A DNA stretch of 31,843 nucleotides from Candidatus Poseidoniaceae archaeon (GTDB lineage Archaea > Thermoplasmatota > Poseidoniia > Poseidoniales > Poseidoniaceae), in contig JAKUNX010000002.1 in NCBI GenBank assembly GCA_022451835.1, forward strand, positions 1-31,843, written 5' to 3'. The translations under genes were made by a program, and so were the position numbers. The notes beneath the pieces were generated by a model. That model worked only from the letters and a program-made list of their open reading frames with translations. It had not been told where the DNA came from and ran no database searches. Positions within the stretch are counted from its first letter, which is position 1, and each line of letters begins with the position of its first letter. Positions 1 to 9,882 of this stretch are shown piece by piece.

Positions 1-19
1 AAGTTGGGTTTTTGATCAA

Positions 20-3000
20 ATGTCTGTAGAGATGATCAGAACTAGTGTTGCCGCCGGTTTAGAAATAGATAATGGACTTGATGGAATTGGTGACTGGACT
101 TTAGATCGCAGTGGTATTGGCCGTCTTGGTATTCAAGACCGATTAGCTGATGATTCTCTTTGGTCCTCTTCTCAAAGTAATCCATCTTCACCTGCTGAAT
201 TTTCAATATACGCCCCTAGACAAGGTATAGATGAATTTGAATTTGCTGTATCTAGTCCTAATTCTAACTTTGTCAATCCATATCTAACAATTTCATATAA
301 TAATCAGGATATACTAACAAGTTCGATAAATGACTTTTCTGAAATAAATACAATTAGGTTAACACCTTCTCAAATTACCAGTATCAATAATGCAGTTTCA
401 CAATCTGTATCTGATATTAATTTGAATGGTTTAGAGTTTACAAAAATAGTAATCAAAATTGGCTCATCTTCAACTACATCAACAATCCACTTTGGTGGAT
501 TGATGGCTACATACAATAGCGCGATTAATCTTGATTTTACCGGTACTGACGGATTGATTATCGGTCTTAACAGCATCCTTCCAAATTCGAATCTAGTCAA
601 CGGATATAGAGAAGTTTCAATACCGGTGAGAATGAAGAGCACTGGTGCGATTAGAATGACAGTTAATTCAATTTCAACTGCGCCATCAATTAGTCCATTA
701 ACAATGGAAGTAAGCAATGTTACTGACACTTTTACCCCATCAATGAACTGGATTGATATCACTAGTACCTTTGATTTTTCAAGTATTGGCGTATCCAATC
801 CTGAAGCCTTTGTCAAATCAGGTTCATGGTTGTTAGACTTTAATTTAGTTGGAAAAGATAACACTGCTCAATTAAGATGTAGTACCTTAGCATTACCAAT
901 TGTCGGTAATGGAGTTAGTAATTGTATACAGAGTGGCGTGCAACTAATTTGGTCTGATTTGGGAGCAAATGGTATAGTACAAATGTCAGAAACTAATTCG
1001 ATTTTAGAATTTCATCATAGATTCAAATTCCCAGTTGAGTGGGATGATGAAGAATTTTTGTTAGCGTCTGTAAACATGGTCTCTACAACTGGGCCAATGT
1101 TATCGGTCAGTAAGTCCTTTGGACTTGGCAATTCACAAGGCGTAGAAAATGATGTGGCACTCAAACATTGGGCAATTGTCGGTTCAAATGGAGTTTCTTC
1201 TGACAATGAATTCCCTTATCTACAAAATCAAAGAGGTGAACCAGTTATTGTACAAGCTGAATTAGGTTTTGAAGGAAATGAAGGTACTGCACCTAGGACA
1301 GGACACGCCTTAGTACGGTTGTTGGTAAATGGCAATGAATATGGTGCTTCATCAATAATTAACGAAGGAATTGTTTCCATACCATGGGTTATTCCTACTG
1401 CAGGAGAGTCAGTTGAATTAGAGATTGACATACAACCTTTGAGAGGGCAATCTGTAACCTATGAGGTACCTAATGCGATCGAATTTGGTTATGATGCAGT
1501 TAACCCTCAACTACTTTCAATGAATATAGATGAGTTTGATCATTTCCAATCAAGTCCTTCAAATATTCTTGAGTTTACTATTACAGACCGCCCTATTTTA
1601 CCAACACAAGCTGAAATTATTTTGTGGCATTCTTGGGAGCATGACTTTAATCAAAATGGTCAAATTGATATTTCTGAAGTAGAGAGGTATGAACTTGAAT
1701 ATCCAAATGTACTTACCAATTTGGAAGGAATTTATTCTTATGATTTGGATTCATCAAGCGCACCAGATGGTGGCTATGTTAGAGGATGGATAGAAGTTGC
1801 AGATTCTGCAGGTAATATGTTAGCAGATTCAGGTAATCTATCTTCGCCACTTTTCAATTTATTAATTAGTAGTGATGGTTCACCACAGTTAGGATATTCG
1901 GACATATCATGGGATTATGGATATCTTCCTTGGCTTCATCCTGGTGAAGACATTACACTCTCGATTCCAGTATGGGACAAAAATGGTGTTACAGATATAA
2001 CTGACATCGAATTGGATTTATCGACAAATCAACCTGACTCCTCGTCAATTTTGTGGAATAGACAAACAGGAGTATGTTCAAGTTCCACATTATATATCCA
2101 AATCTCAAGTTGTAAAATGGTAGGGGATAGTGATTCAGGATTATTTACGAACTCTGGAAATTTTGAAATTAATTTCCAATTAAAGTGGGGATTCGATCCT
2201 GATGATAGTGTTATCAGAACGCCATTAATTCGCTTGACTGACCTCAACCGACAATCTTCTACAATTGAATTATCAGAGCTAAATTGGCGGTATTCTGGTG
2301 AGATGGAGATTGATCAAGAAAACTTGAATTATATCACTTCAGGAAATAATGAATCTAATACTGGTTCATGGATTAAGGCAAGAGAAGACATATTTATCTC
2401 TGGTTCATTGAATTGGGTAAAAACCGATAGACAGGTAATGCAAGATTTGCAATTATTATTTACTTTGGGTCTTAATCAAGCACCAGTTGATTATCAACAA
2501 GGGCAGTTCAGTGGTTATATTATCTCGCCTGCAACACCAGGTAATTATGCCCTAGATATCTCATTGAAGAATGCACCTAATGGTGCTACCATTGTTGAGC
2601 CTAATTTCCCATTATTATGGTTTATAGTTGACGATGAGGCACCTTCAATTATTAGTATTGACTATCCTTTACCTGCTCAAATTATTGAAGAGGTTGAATG
2701 GGATTCATTAGAATTACTAATGACTTTATCAGAAGATAATTTCTTGGATCAAGACTCTATGAACCTAAAATGGGAAGTTCATCCATCTGGATTTGGTTTT
2801 GCTTCATCAAGTATTGCCAATGGCTCAGGTAAAATCTCTATATTAGGTGGAATGCCATTTGGTGAATCTATAATAGGAACTTTTGGTATTGATTTAGATA
2901 CCGCCGTTTCTGAAGCAATGCGTACTGAAGAATTGGAACTAAGAATTTGGATAAATGGCAGTGACATGGCTGGAAATTCATTTGGCTCCGTATCTGATGA

Positions 3001-3607
3001 AGTATATACTCCATTTGCGGTATGGCAATTAGAACAACAGTTGCCAGAATATGCACTTATACAACCCGCAATCTATTACAGTGGTCAATTAGAGGTGGGC
3101 AAATCTGTTGACTTATCTGTGGTCATACAAAATATTGGTAAATCAGATGGTGATGCTCAATTAAGAGTTGAAAGGGTTGAAAGTAATGGGGCTAGGACTA
3201 TTATTCACTCCCAAGAAGTAAAGGTTAATTCTGGAGGGAATGGAGTATTTAACCATCGATGGACACCGGACAGAGATGGTTCAATGTGGATTGAATTTAT
3301 AATCGTAGGAGGTCCAACTGTTCAAACTGAAACTTTCTATGTTGGCGACGGAGAAGACGATAGTTTCTTTGGCGGAATATCGGAAATTAATCCGATTTTA
3401 TTAGTAGTAATTTTCCTCTTAATAGCATCATTAGTGGGTGTTCTGATATTTGGTCTTAGGACTCCAAAAGCACCTCCACATCAACGTTTAGCTGTAAATA
3501 AAAATTATCACCCTTCAGCTCAACATATGAGGCCACAACAAAATCATCAGTATGCTCATCAACAAGCACCTGCTTCACCAGGAGATAATCCATATCAGAG
3601 ACAGTAG
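20..3607 (+). CDS. Large membrane-anchored surface protein (beta-rich, C-terminal CARDB-like Ig domain, TM helix, Pro/Gln/His-rich cytoplasmic tail); 5' partial
   Basis: 1195-aa ORF whose frame is open to the window edge (agt tgg gtt ttt gat caa atg), so the true start is upstream. CARDB-like motif near the end (LSVVIQNIGKSDG...VNSGG...HRWTP), then ILLVVIFLLIASLVGVLIFGL and a tail ending SPGDNPYQRQ. Confidence 0.85.
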   Translation: MSVEMIRTSVAAGLEIDNGLDGIGDWTLDRSGIGRLGIQDRLADDSLWSSSQSNPSSPAEFSIYAPRQGIDEFEFAVSSPNSNFVNPYLTISYNNQDILTSSINDFSEINTIRLTPSQITSINNAVSQSVSDINLNGLEFTKIVIKIGSSSTTSTIHFGGLMATYNSAINLDFTGTDGLIIGLNSILPNSNLVNGYREVSIPVRMKSTGAIRMTVNSISTAPSISPLTMEVSNVTDTFTPSMNWIDITSTFDFSSIGVSNPEAFVKSGSWLLDFNLVGKDNTAQLRCSTLALPIVGNGVSNCIQSGVQLIWSDLGANGIVQMSETNSILEFHHRFKFPVEWDDEEFLLASVNMVSTTGPMLSVSKSFGLGNSQGVENDVALKHWAIVGSNGVSSDNEFPYLQNQRGEPVIVQAELGFEGNEGTAPRTGHALVRLLVNGNEYGASSIINEGIVSIPWVIPTAGESVELEIDIQPLRGQSVTYEVPNAIEFGYDAVNPQLLSMNIDEFDHFQSSPSNILEFTITDRPILPTQAEIILWHSWEHDFNQNGQIDISEVERYELEYPNVLTNLEGIYSYDLDSSSAPDGGYVRGWIEVADSAGNMLADSGNLSSPLFNLLISSDGSPQLGYSDISWDYGYLPWLHPGEDITLSIPVWDKNGVTDITDIELDLSTNQPDSSSILWNRQTGVCSSSTLYIQISSCKMVGDSDSGLFTNSGNFEINFQLKWGFDPDDSVIRTPLIRLTDLNRQSSTIELSELNWRYSGEMEIDQENLNYITSGNNESNTGSWIKAREDIFISGSLNWVKTDRQVMQDLQLLFTLGLNQAPVDYQQGQFSGYIISPATPGNYALDISLKNAPNGATIVEPNFPLLWFIVDDEAPSIISIDYPLPAQIIEEVEWDSLELLMTLSEDNFLDQDSMNLKWEVHPSGFGFASSSIANGSGKISILGGMPFGESIIGTFGIDLDTAVSEAMRTEELELRIWINGSDMAGNSFGSVSDEVYTPFAVWQLEQQLPEYALIQPAIYYSGQLEVGKSVDLSVVIQNIGKSDGDAQLRVERVESNGARTIIHSQEVKVNSGGNGVFNHRWTPDRDGSMWIEFIIVGGPTVQTETFYVGDGEDDSFFGGISEINPILLVVIFLLIASLVGVLIFGLRTPKAPPHQRLAVNKNYHPSAQHMRPQQNHQYAHQQAPASPGDNPYQRQ

Positions 3608-3612
3608 AAGAG

Positions 3613-3619
3613 TTCAAAT
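3613..3619 (+). promoter_or_regulatory. Putative TATA element (TTCAAAT) of the RNase P RNA gene
   Basis: Ends 23 nt before the predicted RNA 5' end (3643), is preceded by purine-rich AGAAGAG (BRE-like), and matches the heptamer and spacing seen at several other genes in the window. Confidence 0.6.
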
Positions 3620-3642
3620 GACAAACCAAAAAGGATTGATTT

Positions 3643-3943
3643 GAGGGAGTAGGAGGACTGCTGACAGAGTTCGACTCTGAGGAAAGTCCCCTCTCCACAG
3701 CGCATGTGCCTCACAGAAGAGAGAAATTAGAGATGGTTTGGTTAATGCAATAGAAACGAACGATGTAGGGGTGGTACGATGATGTTGAAAGGCAGAGATT
3801 TCCCTATTTTCGATGAAACGAGCAACCGCACAGGAGCAAGTCCAAGCAGTTCCAGAGAGATAGCGCGTCTAGGAACAGGTAGGATGCTAAGTTGAATGCA
3901 GTCGCCGAAAGGTAACAGAAAGGGGCTTACTCCCTACTCCCTC
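3643..3943 (+). ncRNA. rnpB: RNase P RNA (archaeal, probably type A)
   Basis: GAGGAAAGTCC at 3679-3689 and AACAGAA-AGGGGCTTA at 3914-3929 form P4. P1 is GAGGGAGTAG (from 3643) paired with CTACTCCCTC (to 3943). P2 is GACTGC/GCAGTC and P7 is TGTGC/GCACA. CR-IV GAGCAAG, a P15/P16 region with GGTAGG, and a P12 with a GAAA loop and K-turn-like GA pairs are present. Confidence 0.96.
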
Positions 3944-3944
3944 G

Positions 3945-6752
3945 CTAATCCTCTAAAACAGCATCCATTGGTTTCATTGAAATTGGAGATGCAAGAGCGA
4001 TTCCTTCGCCATAATCTACCCAGTATGGCTCACCTTTGATTGCAGATTTCACCACTTTTTCTGAGGTTATTACTGCCGGCATTAGGAAAGTACTAGTTAT
4101 GAATGCAAATATGATTAGTAGACACATGATCATAAAGAAATTTTCCAAACCAGGGAATGTTACTAAGAAACCAGCACCAATACCGCTTACTGTAGTAATA
4201 GTTGTTTCGAAGATTGTCTGGCCAGTTTCTTCAATTGAATTAGCAATTCCAACCGGCGTTTCACCCTCTTCTTGAATTCTATGCATAACGTGGATTGCAT
4301 CATCTACTCCTATTCCGAAGACAATGGTTCCAATCATTGCAGTAAATATATTGACATTTACATCAGGGCTATTCATCAATAATGGTTGCCAAAGAATTAC
4401 CACAGCAACTGGAACCATAGTAATAATTCCTAACCGAGGTGACCTAAACACTATAGCAAGAACGATTGTTAGGATAATCATAGTTACTATAGTTGTTAGA
4501 TTTTGAGAACTATGGATCCCTTCATTTATGTCAAGCGAAACTGGAAGACCGCCAGTCAATTTTGAAGATTCAGTACCTTCTAACCCAGTATCTTCGATCA
4601 GCATAGCATCAATTTGGTCTCTGAGAACAGCTGCTGCATTGAGATTCATATATGGTTGAGTAACATATACGATTCCCTTAGTACCTTCTTCATTGAGTAG
4701 CATTGATTTTACTTCATCACTCAAAGTATCAAACACTATATTGACCATGTCTTTTCTTAATTGTTCTCTACCACCTTCGCCACTAGCATCTAACAGTAAC
4801 CAAGCATGACATTCGACAGGGTCATTAGATTCCCAACAAGGTTCATGCAATAAGTCCCAAAGGCTTCCTTGATACAGAGCAATATCATCATTCAACCCAA
4901 TTGTTACTGGAATTGCTCTCAAGAAGGTTACAATACTAGTAGTATTAGTTCTCTCTACATCACCAATTTGTTTCTCTAGGCCGTCTATAACATCCAAAAC
5001 CGGCAAATCCCTTATCCTATCGGTATTGTTGTTATTTGGCCTGTCCTCAGCACTGAAAATGAACAATGATGTCTGTCCACCGCTGAAATATTGAGAATAT
5101 TCAGCTAATGAATCTAGCGAATCTATGCCATCAGGTGCTTCTGATGAACCAGTAATTGGTTCATTCATCGAATCGAGATTTATAATTCCATAGAATGTTA
5201 TTGAGCCAAAAATGAGAACAATTATCAAAAATCCTTTTACTGGTAATTTACCAATATTTTTCCACATTGTGGGATTAGTTCGTTTATTGTATCTTAACAT
5301 CCAAGCAATAGTTGGGACTAAGATTATGCTAAGTACCAATGTTGAGGCAATCCCTAATACTAATGTTACACCGACAGAGCGTATTGGCGATACAGTTACA
5401 ATTTGAGGGGCAATCAGAACAGAGAAACCAATTACAGTAGTAATAGCGGATATGAATACAGCCACACCCGTTGAACTTGCCATTTCCAAAACGCATTTTT
5501 TGTAAAAATCCATATCCCATAAATCAGGTATTTTTACTTCTTTTTCACCACGCTTTTTTCTTCTAACATTTTCATCTTGCATCCTTTGTAATTCTTTTCG
5601 CCGAACTTCTTCAATTCTATTTACCATGTGTAATGCATAATCTACGCCTAAACCAATTAATATCGGGAAAGTTGCTACTATCATTGGAGTCAGTGTTATG
5701 TCTAAAAGAACCGATGAACCAAAAGTGAATGCTAGTGCCATGACGATAGGAGTTCCAGTAATTGCAACAACCTTTAGCGATCTGTGAAGTGCAGTAATTA
5801 CCAAAACTGTAAACAAAACAGACCATGGTAAAATCATCAATAAGTCTTCATAAATTGCATCAGAAATATCTTCTAATACTTTGGTAAGACCTGTAACAGT
5901 CATCAGGCTAATGTCAGAATTTGGACGATTTTCTACAACCATTTCGAAGTGCGCTAATAACTCTTCAAAATTATTGAAATCATCAATTTCATCAAATTTT
6001 TGATTCATACCAACAATTATCGCAGTGGTATCCCAAATTCCATCATCATTAGTATCTTTAATCAGTGGCTCGAAACTACCATTTGATTGTTCAATAATAG
6101 TATCAATTCGTTCCTGTTCGGGGATAACATATTCTCCACCACCAGGTAATAACTCACAATCTAGGTCAATTATTGGGATTCTGGTGTCAATACCATGTTC
6201 ACACAGTGAATTATTGAATCTTCCATCTGCGGAATTGATTTCTTTAATTACTTGAGCAGGGGAAATAACCCAAAGCACGCCATCGTTTCTACCATTGTCA
6301 TTCTTATCATAATCAATACCTCTGCTGATGGAATCTCCTCCAACATTGTTATCATCTCCTTCGACCCAACTGATAACATCAAGAATATCTTTGTCAGTAA
6401 TATTTGAATCACTTGACAAATCGAAAGCGTTCTCAGTCCTTATGTAAATAACAGTTAAATCAGTAGACCATTCTTCTCTTACCTCAAGCAATAATTCAGT
6501 AGATGGTGCACCATCGGGAAGAAATATTTCTACGTCATCATCAATCTGCGATTGAAAGTCCATACCTTGTTGAGCAAAAAATGCTGAAATAATTATCAAC
6601 AAAATCACTACAGTTGCAGGTGAGGTTAGTACATTTCCGTACATGTTATCCAAAGACTGCATTGATTTCTTTGCAGCAATTTTTTTGACATGCTGAAATT
6701 TTGCCTTTACATCTTTGAGCGCCCCATCTCCATTAACGGGTGCTTCGCTCAT
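3945..6752 (-). CDS. MMPL/RND-family transporter (paralog 1)
   Basis: 935 aa with two repeats of TM + large extracytoplasmic loop + 5 TM. Signature motifs are GLGVDYALH (TM4) and GIGVDDAIH (TM10). Confidence 0.92.
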   Translation of the reverse strand: MSEAPVNGDGALKDVKAKFQHVKKIAAKKSMQSLDNMYGNVLTSPATVVILLIIISAFFAQQGMDFQSQIDDDVEIFLPDGAPSTELLLEVREEWSTDLTVIYIRTENAFDLSSDSNITDKDILDVISWVEGDDNNVGGDSISRGIDYDKNDNGRNDGVLWVISPAQVIKEINSADGRFNNSLCEHGIDTRIPIIDLDCELLPGGGEYVIPEQERIDTIIEQSNGSFEPLIKDTNDDGIWDTTAIIVGMNQKFDEIDDFNNFEELLAHFEMVVENRPNSDISLMTVTGLTKVLEDISDAIYEDLLMILPWSVLFTVLVITALHRSLKVVAITGTPIVMALAFTFGSSVLLDITLTPMIVATFPILIGLGVDYALHMVNRIEEVRRKELQRMQDENVRRKKRGEKEVKIPDLWDMDFYKKCVLEMASSTGVAVFISAITTVIGFSVLIAPQIVTVSPIRSVGVTLVLGIASTLVLSIILVPTIAWMLRYNKRTNPTMWKNIGKLPVKGFLIIVLIFGSITFYGIINLDSMNEPITGSSEAPDGIDSLDSLAEYSQYFSGGQTSLFIFSAEDRPNNNNTDRIRDLPVLDVIDGLEKQIGDVERTNTTSIVTFLRAIPVTIGLNDDIALYQGSLWDLLHEPCWESNDPVECHAWLLLDASGEGGREQLRKDMVNIVFDTLSDEVKSMLLNEEGTKGIVYVTQPYMNLNAAAVLRDQIDAMLIEDTGLEGTESSKLTGGLPVSLDINEGIHSSQNLTTIVTMIILTIVLAIVFRSPRLGIITMVPVAVVILWQPLLMNSPDVNVNIFTAMIGTIVFGIGVDDAIHVMHRIQEEGETPVGIANSIEETGQTIFETTITTVSGIGAGFLVTFPGLENFFMIMCLLIIFAFITSTFLMPAVITSEKVVKSAIKGEPYWVDYGEGIALASPISMKPMDAVLED

Positions 6753-6823
6753 GGTTAATGCATCAAAAAGAGGGTTTTGAATAATCCTGTTACAGGATTT
6801 GATATAATGTTCTTTTTAGATGA

Positions 6824-7765
6824 TTAATCTAAACCGAACTCTCTCACAATTAGGTGTCTCAAGAAACCTCGAGCTGATTGTAAAACTAATCCAGTTGCCA
6901 TCAATGATAATCCCAAAACTCCGATCCAAACTGCTGATAACCCTGGTCCAAGATAATTATCAATTTGGCCAGTAACATTCTGTGCAAGATTGAGCCCCAT
7001 AGCTGCACCAGCAGCAAATAATCCCAATCCAGGAATTCCTAGAACTAATATTGGCTTTTTATGCGATAGGGAAATTAGGGCCCAAGATAAAACAGTAAAT
7101 CCGTGAGAAACTGCAGTGAAGTTAGAACCCTTGGGGACGTCATATCTCACCAATGTGGGTACTTCGCTAATTTTCAATTGCTTCTCATGAGCATCCTCTA
7201 ACATTTCAAGAGATAACTCCATCCCTTCGCTATCAAATCTTAATAATTCTAATGCCTTTTTGGAGAATGCTCTAAATCCAGATTGAGTGTCTCTAATCGA
7301 TATGTCTCTTGAGAGGTTGCTTGCTGCGGTAATTACCTTGATTCCCAATCTTCGGTAAGCAGGCATATCTGTTCCGCCTCCACCATCGATGAATCTTGAT
7401 CCAATTACAAAGTCATCATTACCATTGATGATTGGTTCAAGTAATTTTGGAATATCGCTAGCCTCGTGTTGACCATCGCTGTCAAGAACTACTAAAGCAT
7501 CAGCACCTAATTCTCTTGCTTTGATAAATAGAGATTTTAGAGCACCCCCATAGCCTCGATTTACTCTATGGCGGACAACAATCGCTCCACAGGATTCAGC
7601 AATTCGAGCACTTGAATCAGAAGAACCATCATCAACACAAATTACTGCATCAACATGTTTGAGAGCCATAGTAACAACTGTACCAATGGTCTCTTCTTCA
7701 TTGTACATCGGCATGCCAGCAACTATAATCGGACTGGCACCGGATTGTGAATCCCCATCTTTCAC
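6824..7765 (-). CDS. Glycosyltransferase family 2, DPM1/polyprenol-phosphate glycosyltransferase-like, with two C-terminal TM helices
   Basis: Motifs MPMYNEE, VDDGSSD, NRGYGGA, LDSDGQH (DxD) and DTQSGFRA. GTG start. Confidence 0.92.
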   Translation of the reverse strand: MKDGDSQSGASPIIVAGMPMYNEEETIGTVVTMALKHVDAVICVDDGSSDSSARIAESCGAIVVRHRVNRGYGGALKSLFIKARELGADALVVLDSDGQHEASDIPKLLEPIINGNDDFVIGSRFIDGGGGTDMPAYRRLGIKVITAASNLSRDISIRDTQSGFRAFSKKALELLRFDSEGMELSLEMLEDAHEKQLKISEVPTLVRYDVPKGSNFTAVSHGFTVLSWALISLSHKKPILVLGIPGLGLFAAGAAMGLNLAQNVTGQIDNYLGPGLSAVWIGVLGLSLMATGLVLQSARGFLRHLIVREFGLD

Positions 7766-7933
7766 AATTTTAGGGCAAAACTGTGACTATTTATCAGTAT
7801 TGATATAATATAGATCTTATATAGAAAATCGAGACCAATCCTAAAATTAGCTTCGACATTAAGCGTAGTCGCTGGAAATATAATTCAAATTAGTTTGAAT
7901 TGTGCAATCAGTATCCAGTTCACCTTACTGAAT

Positions 7934-8188
7934 TTAGTCAACTATTTGACTGATGGTTGTGACAACTCTTTCACCAATTAGCACTTTATTTAGTGCGTTT
8001 AATGATATCACAAGAGGCACATATTCTTGTCCATCACTGGTGACATATGTTTCACATTCAGCAAAAGCATCATTGTTGATGGAAACTTTGATTGCTCCAC
8101 CAGCATTGCTTCTTCTAACATAACCTACAAGGTTACTTTTGTTTTCTACATCTTCCATATTTTTTTCAGTTTTGCTATTTTTTGCCAT
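7934..8188 (-). CDS. Small hypothetical protein (84 aa)
   Basis: ATG at 8188 has an SD-like GGAGTG upstream and a TTGATAA element at 8244-8238. The sequence looks like an alpha/beta protein. The track's start at 8215 is probably too long. Confidence 0.75.
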   Translation of the reverse strand: MAKNSKTEKNMEDVENKSNLVGYVRRSNAGGAIKVSINNDAFAECETYVTSDGQEYVPLVISLNALNKVLIGERVVTTISQIVD

Positions 8189-8300
8189 ATTAACACTCCA
8201 CTGCTTCTGCAGCAAAACTCATGATTTGCCTCTAAGTTTATCAAACTAGAGTTAGTTTTGTTACCATTTGTCTTATACGGATGTGATGTTTCGTAATGCT

Positions 8301-9245
8301 ATGCGAGCCTTGGTTACTGGTGGGGCAGGTTTCATTGGTTCACACTTAATTGACGAACTTGTAGATGCAGGGTATGAAGTTAAAATTATTGATAATCTTT
8401 CAAGTGGAGACCTAAATTTAATTTCTCACCAGACGGAAGCAGGTAATGTAGAATTTGTCAAAGGTGACTTAACAGTTCTTGATGACGTAATGCAGGCTAC
8501 AAAAAACATTGATTGTGTATTCCATATGGCAGCAAATCCAGATATAAGACTTGGAACGCAAATCACTGATACCGATCTAAAGCAGGGTACAATCGCTACC
8601 TACAATATATTAGAATCAATGCGGGTTAACGGTGTTAAGAAAATTGTATTTGCCTCTTCATCTGTGGTCTATGGCGAAGATGCTCCTATGCCTACGCCAG
8701 AAAGCCATGGTCCATGTTTACCAATATCGTTGTATGGAGCAAGTAAATTAGGTTCTGAAGGATTGATTACTAGTTGGGTTGGAACATTTGATTTTCAAGC
8801 ATGGATCTTTAGGTTTGCCAATATTATAGGAGAGCGTGGGACTCATGGTGTAATATTTGATTTCATTCACAAATTAAAGCGTGATAATTCAAGGTTGGAA
8901 GTTTTAGGAAATGGCTTGCAAGAAAAATCATACATGGAAGTAAAAGATTGTGTTAAGGCTATGATGCATATTTACAATAGCAAAAATTCACCCATTAATC
9001 TATACAACCTAGGCAGCCACGACACTTGTTCAGTTAGAAGAATTGCAGAGATTGTTGTTGAAGAGACAGGATTTGACAATGCTACTATAGAATATACCGG
9101 TGGTGACAGAGGGTGGGCTGGAGATATTCCAAGAGCAATGCTCAGTATTGAAAAAATGCTTTCAACAGGATATGATGTCAACTACAATAGCGAAGCGGCG
9201 GTTAGACACACAACCAGATGCTTGATAGAAGAAATAGGAATGTGA
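8301..9245 (+). CDS. NAD-dependent epimerase/dehydratase (extended SDR, UDP-glucose 4-epimerase-like)
   Basis: TGGAGFIGSH, HMAAN, ASSSVVYG, YGASK (YxxxK) and FRFANIIG. Start moved to ATG 8301, directly before the Rossmann motif, with a TATA-like CTTATAC 22 nt upstream. Confidence 0.93.
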   Translation: MRALVTGGAGFIGSHLIDELVDAGYEVKIIDNLSSGDLNLISHQTEAGNVEFVKGDLTVLDDVMQATKNIDCVFHMAANPDIRLGTQITDTDLKQGTIATYNILESMRVNGVKKIVFASSSVVYGEDAPMPTPESHGPCLPISLYGASKLGSEGLITSWVGTFDFQAWIFRFANIIGERGTHGVIFDFIHKLKRDNSRLEVLGNGLQEKSYMEVKDCVKAMMHIYNSKNSPINLYNLGSHDTCSVRRIAEIVVEETGFDNATIEYTGGDRGWAGDIPRAMLSIEKMLSTGYDVNYNSEAAVRHTTRCLIEEIGM

Positions 9246-9249
9246 AATT

Positions 9250-9882
9250 ATGCAAGGAAAACTAACTAGAGATGACAATGCTGGAGCAGTCGGTAGTGCA
9301 GCACTATCAGTTGCATCATTATTTTTTATAGCAATAATGATTATTGCTTTTACCGCAAATCCGGTTGCTATCGGAACTGATGTTGGTGAAAGAGCCCCAG
9401 ACGTTGAAGGAAAAGCATACAATGGCACCTCATGGGTAGAATTTGATTTTGAAAGCTACTTCGACAATTCATGGGAAGAAGGCAATATTTCAGGACAGTG
9501 GGTGGCAATTGAATTCATGGATACAGATTGTCCATACTGTCAGCAAACTGCTGATGAATATGGCCAATGGGCTAATACTTACAGCGCTAACAATCCTAAT
9601 TGGAACGGACCACATGTCAACTTTTTAGCCAGCGCCACCGAACTTGATATTCCAGGTCATGAGACAAGCAGAGCAGAGATTCAGGACTTTAGAGCAGAAT
9701 ACGGTCATAATTTCCCTTACATTGATGATATCGATCAAGACAATATGAAAGAGTGGGGGATTCCTGGTACTCCAACATACTTTTTGATTCAACCGGATGG
9801 AATTATCGCTTGGGTTTCTGATGATAGTAACGAAGATTTAGAACAGGCAATTGTTAGACTAACTCCTCAGGAAGGTGCTTGA
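9250..9882 (+). CDS. Membrane-anchored thioredoxin-fold protein (TlpA/ResA/redoxin-like, CPYC)
   Basis: N-terminal TM, VGERAPDVEG, FMDTDCPYC active site, and a cis-Pro loop WGIPGTPTYFLI. Confidence 0.88.
   Translation: MQGKLTRDDNAGAVGSAALSVASLFFIAIMIIAFTANPVAIGTDVGERAPDVEGKAYNGTSWVEFDFESYFDNSWEEGNISGQWVAIEFMDTDCPYCQQTADEYGQWANTYSANNPNWNGPHVNFLASATELDIPGHETSRAEIQDFRAEYGHNFPYIDDIDQDNMKEWGIPGTPTYFLIQPDGIIAWVSDDSNEDLEQAIVRLTPQEGA

Noticed and set aside
3456-3698. 80-aa minus-strand ORF
   Set aside because: It overlaps the RNase P RNA 5' end, its promoter, and the end of the 1195-aa gene.
7794-7859. 21-aa hydrophobic sORF MSKLILGLVSIFYIRSILYQY on the minus strand
   Set aside because: It has no SD and is not at leaderless spacing from the TATA-like element. 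The codons are AT-rich, it overlaps the GT2 promoter, and the length is expected by chance.
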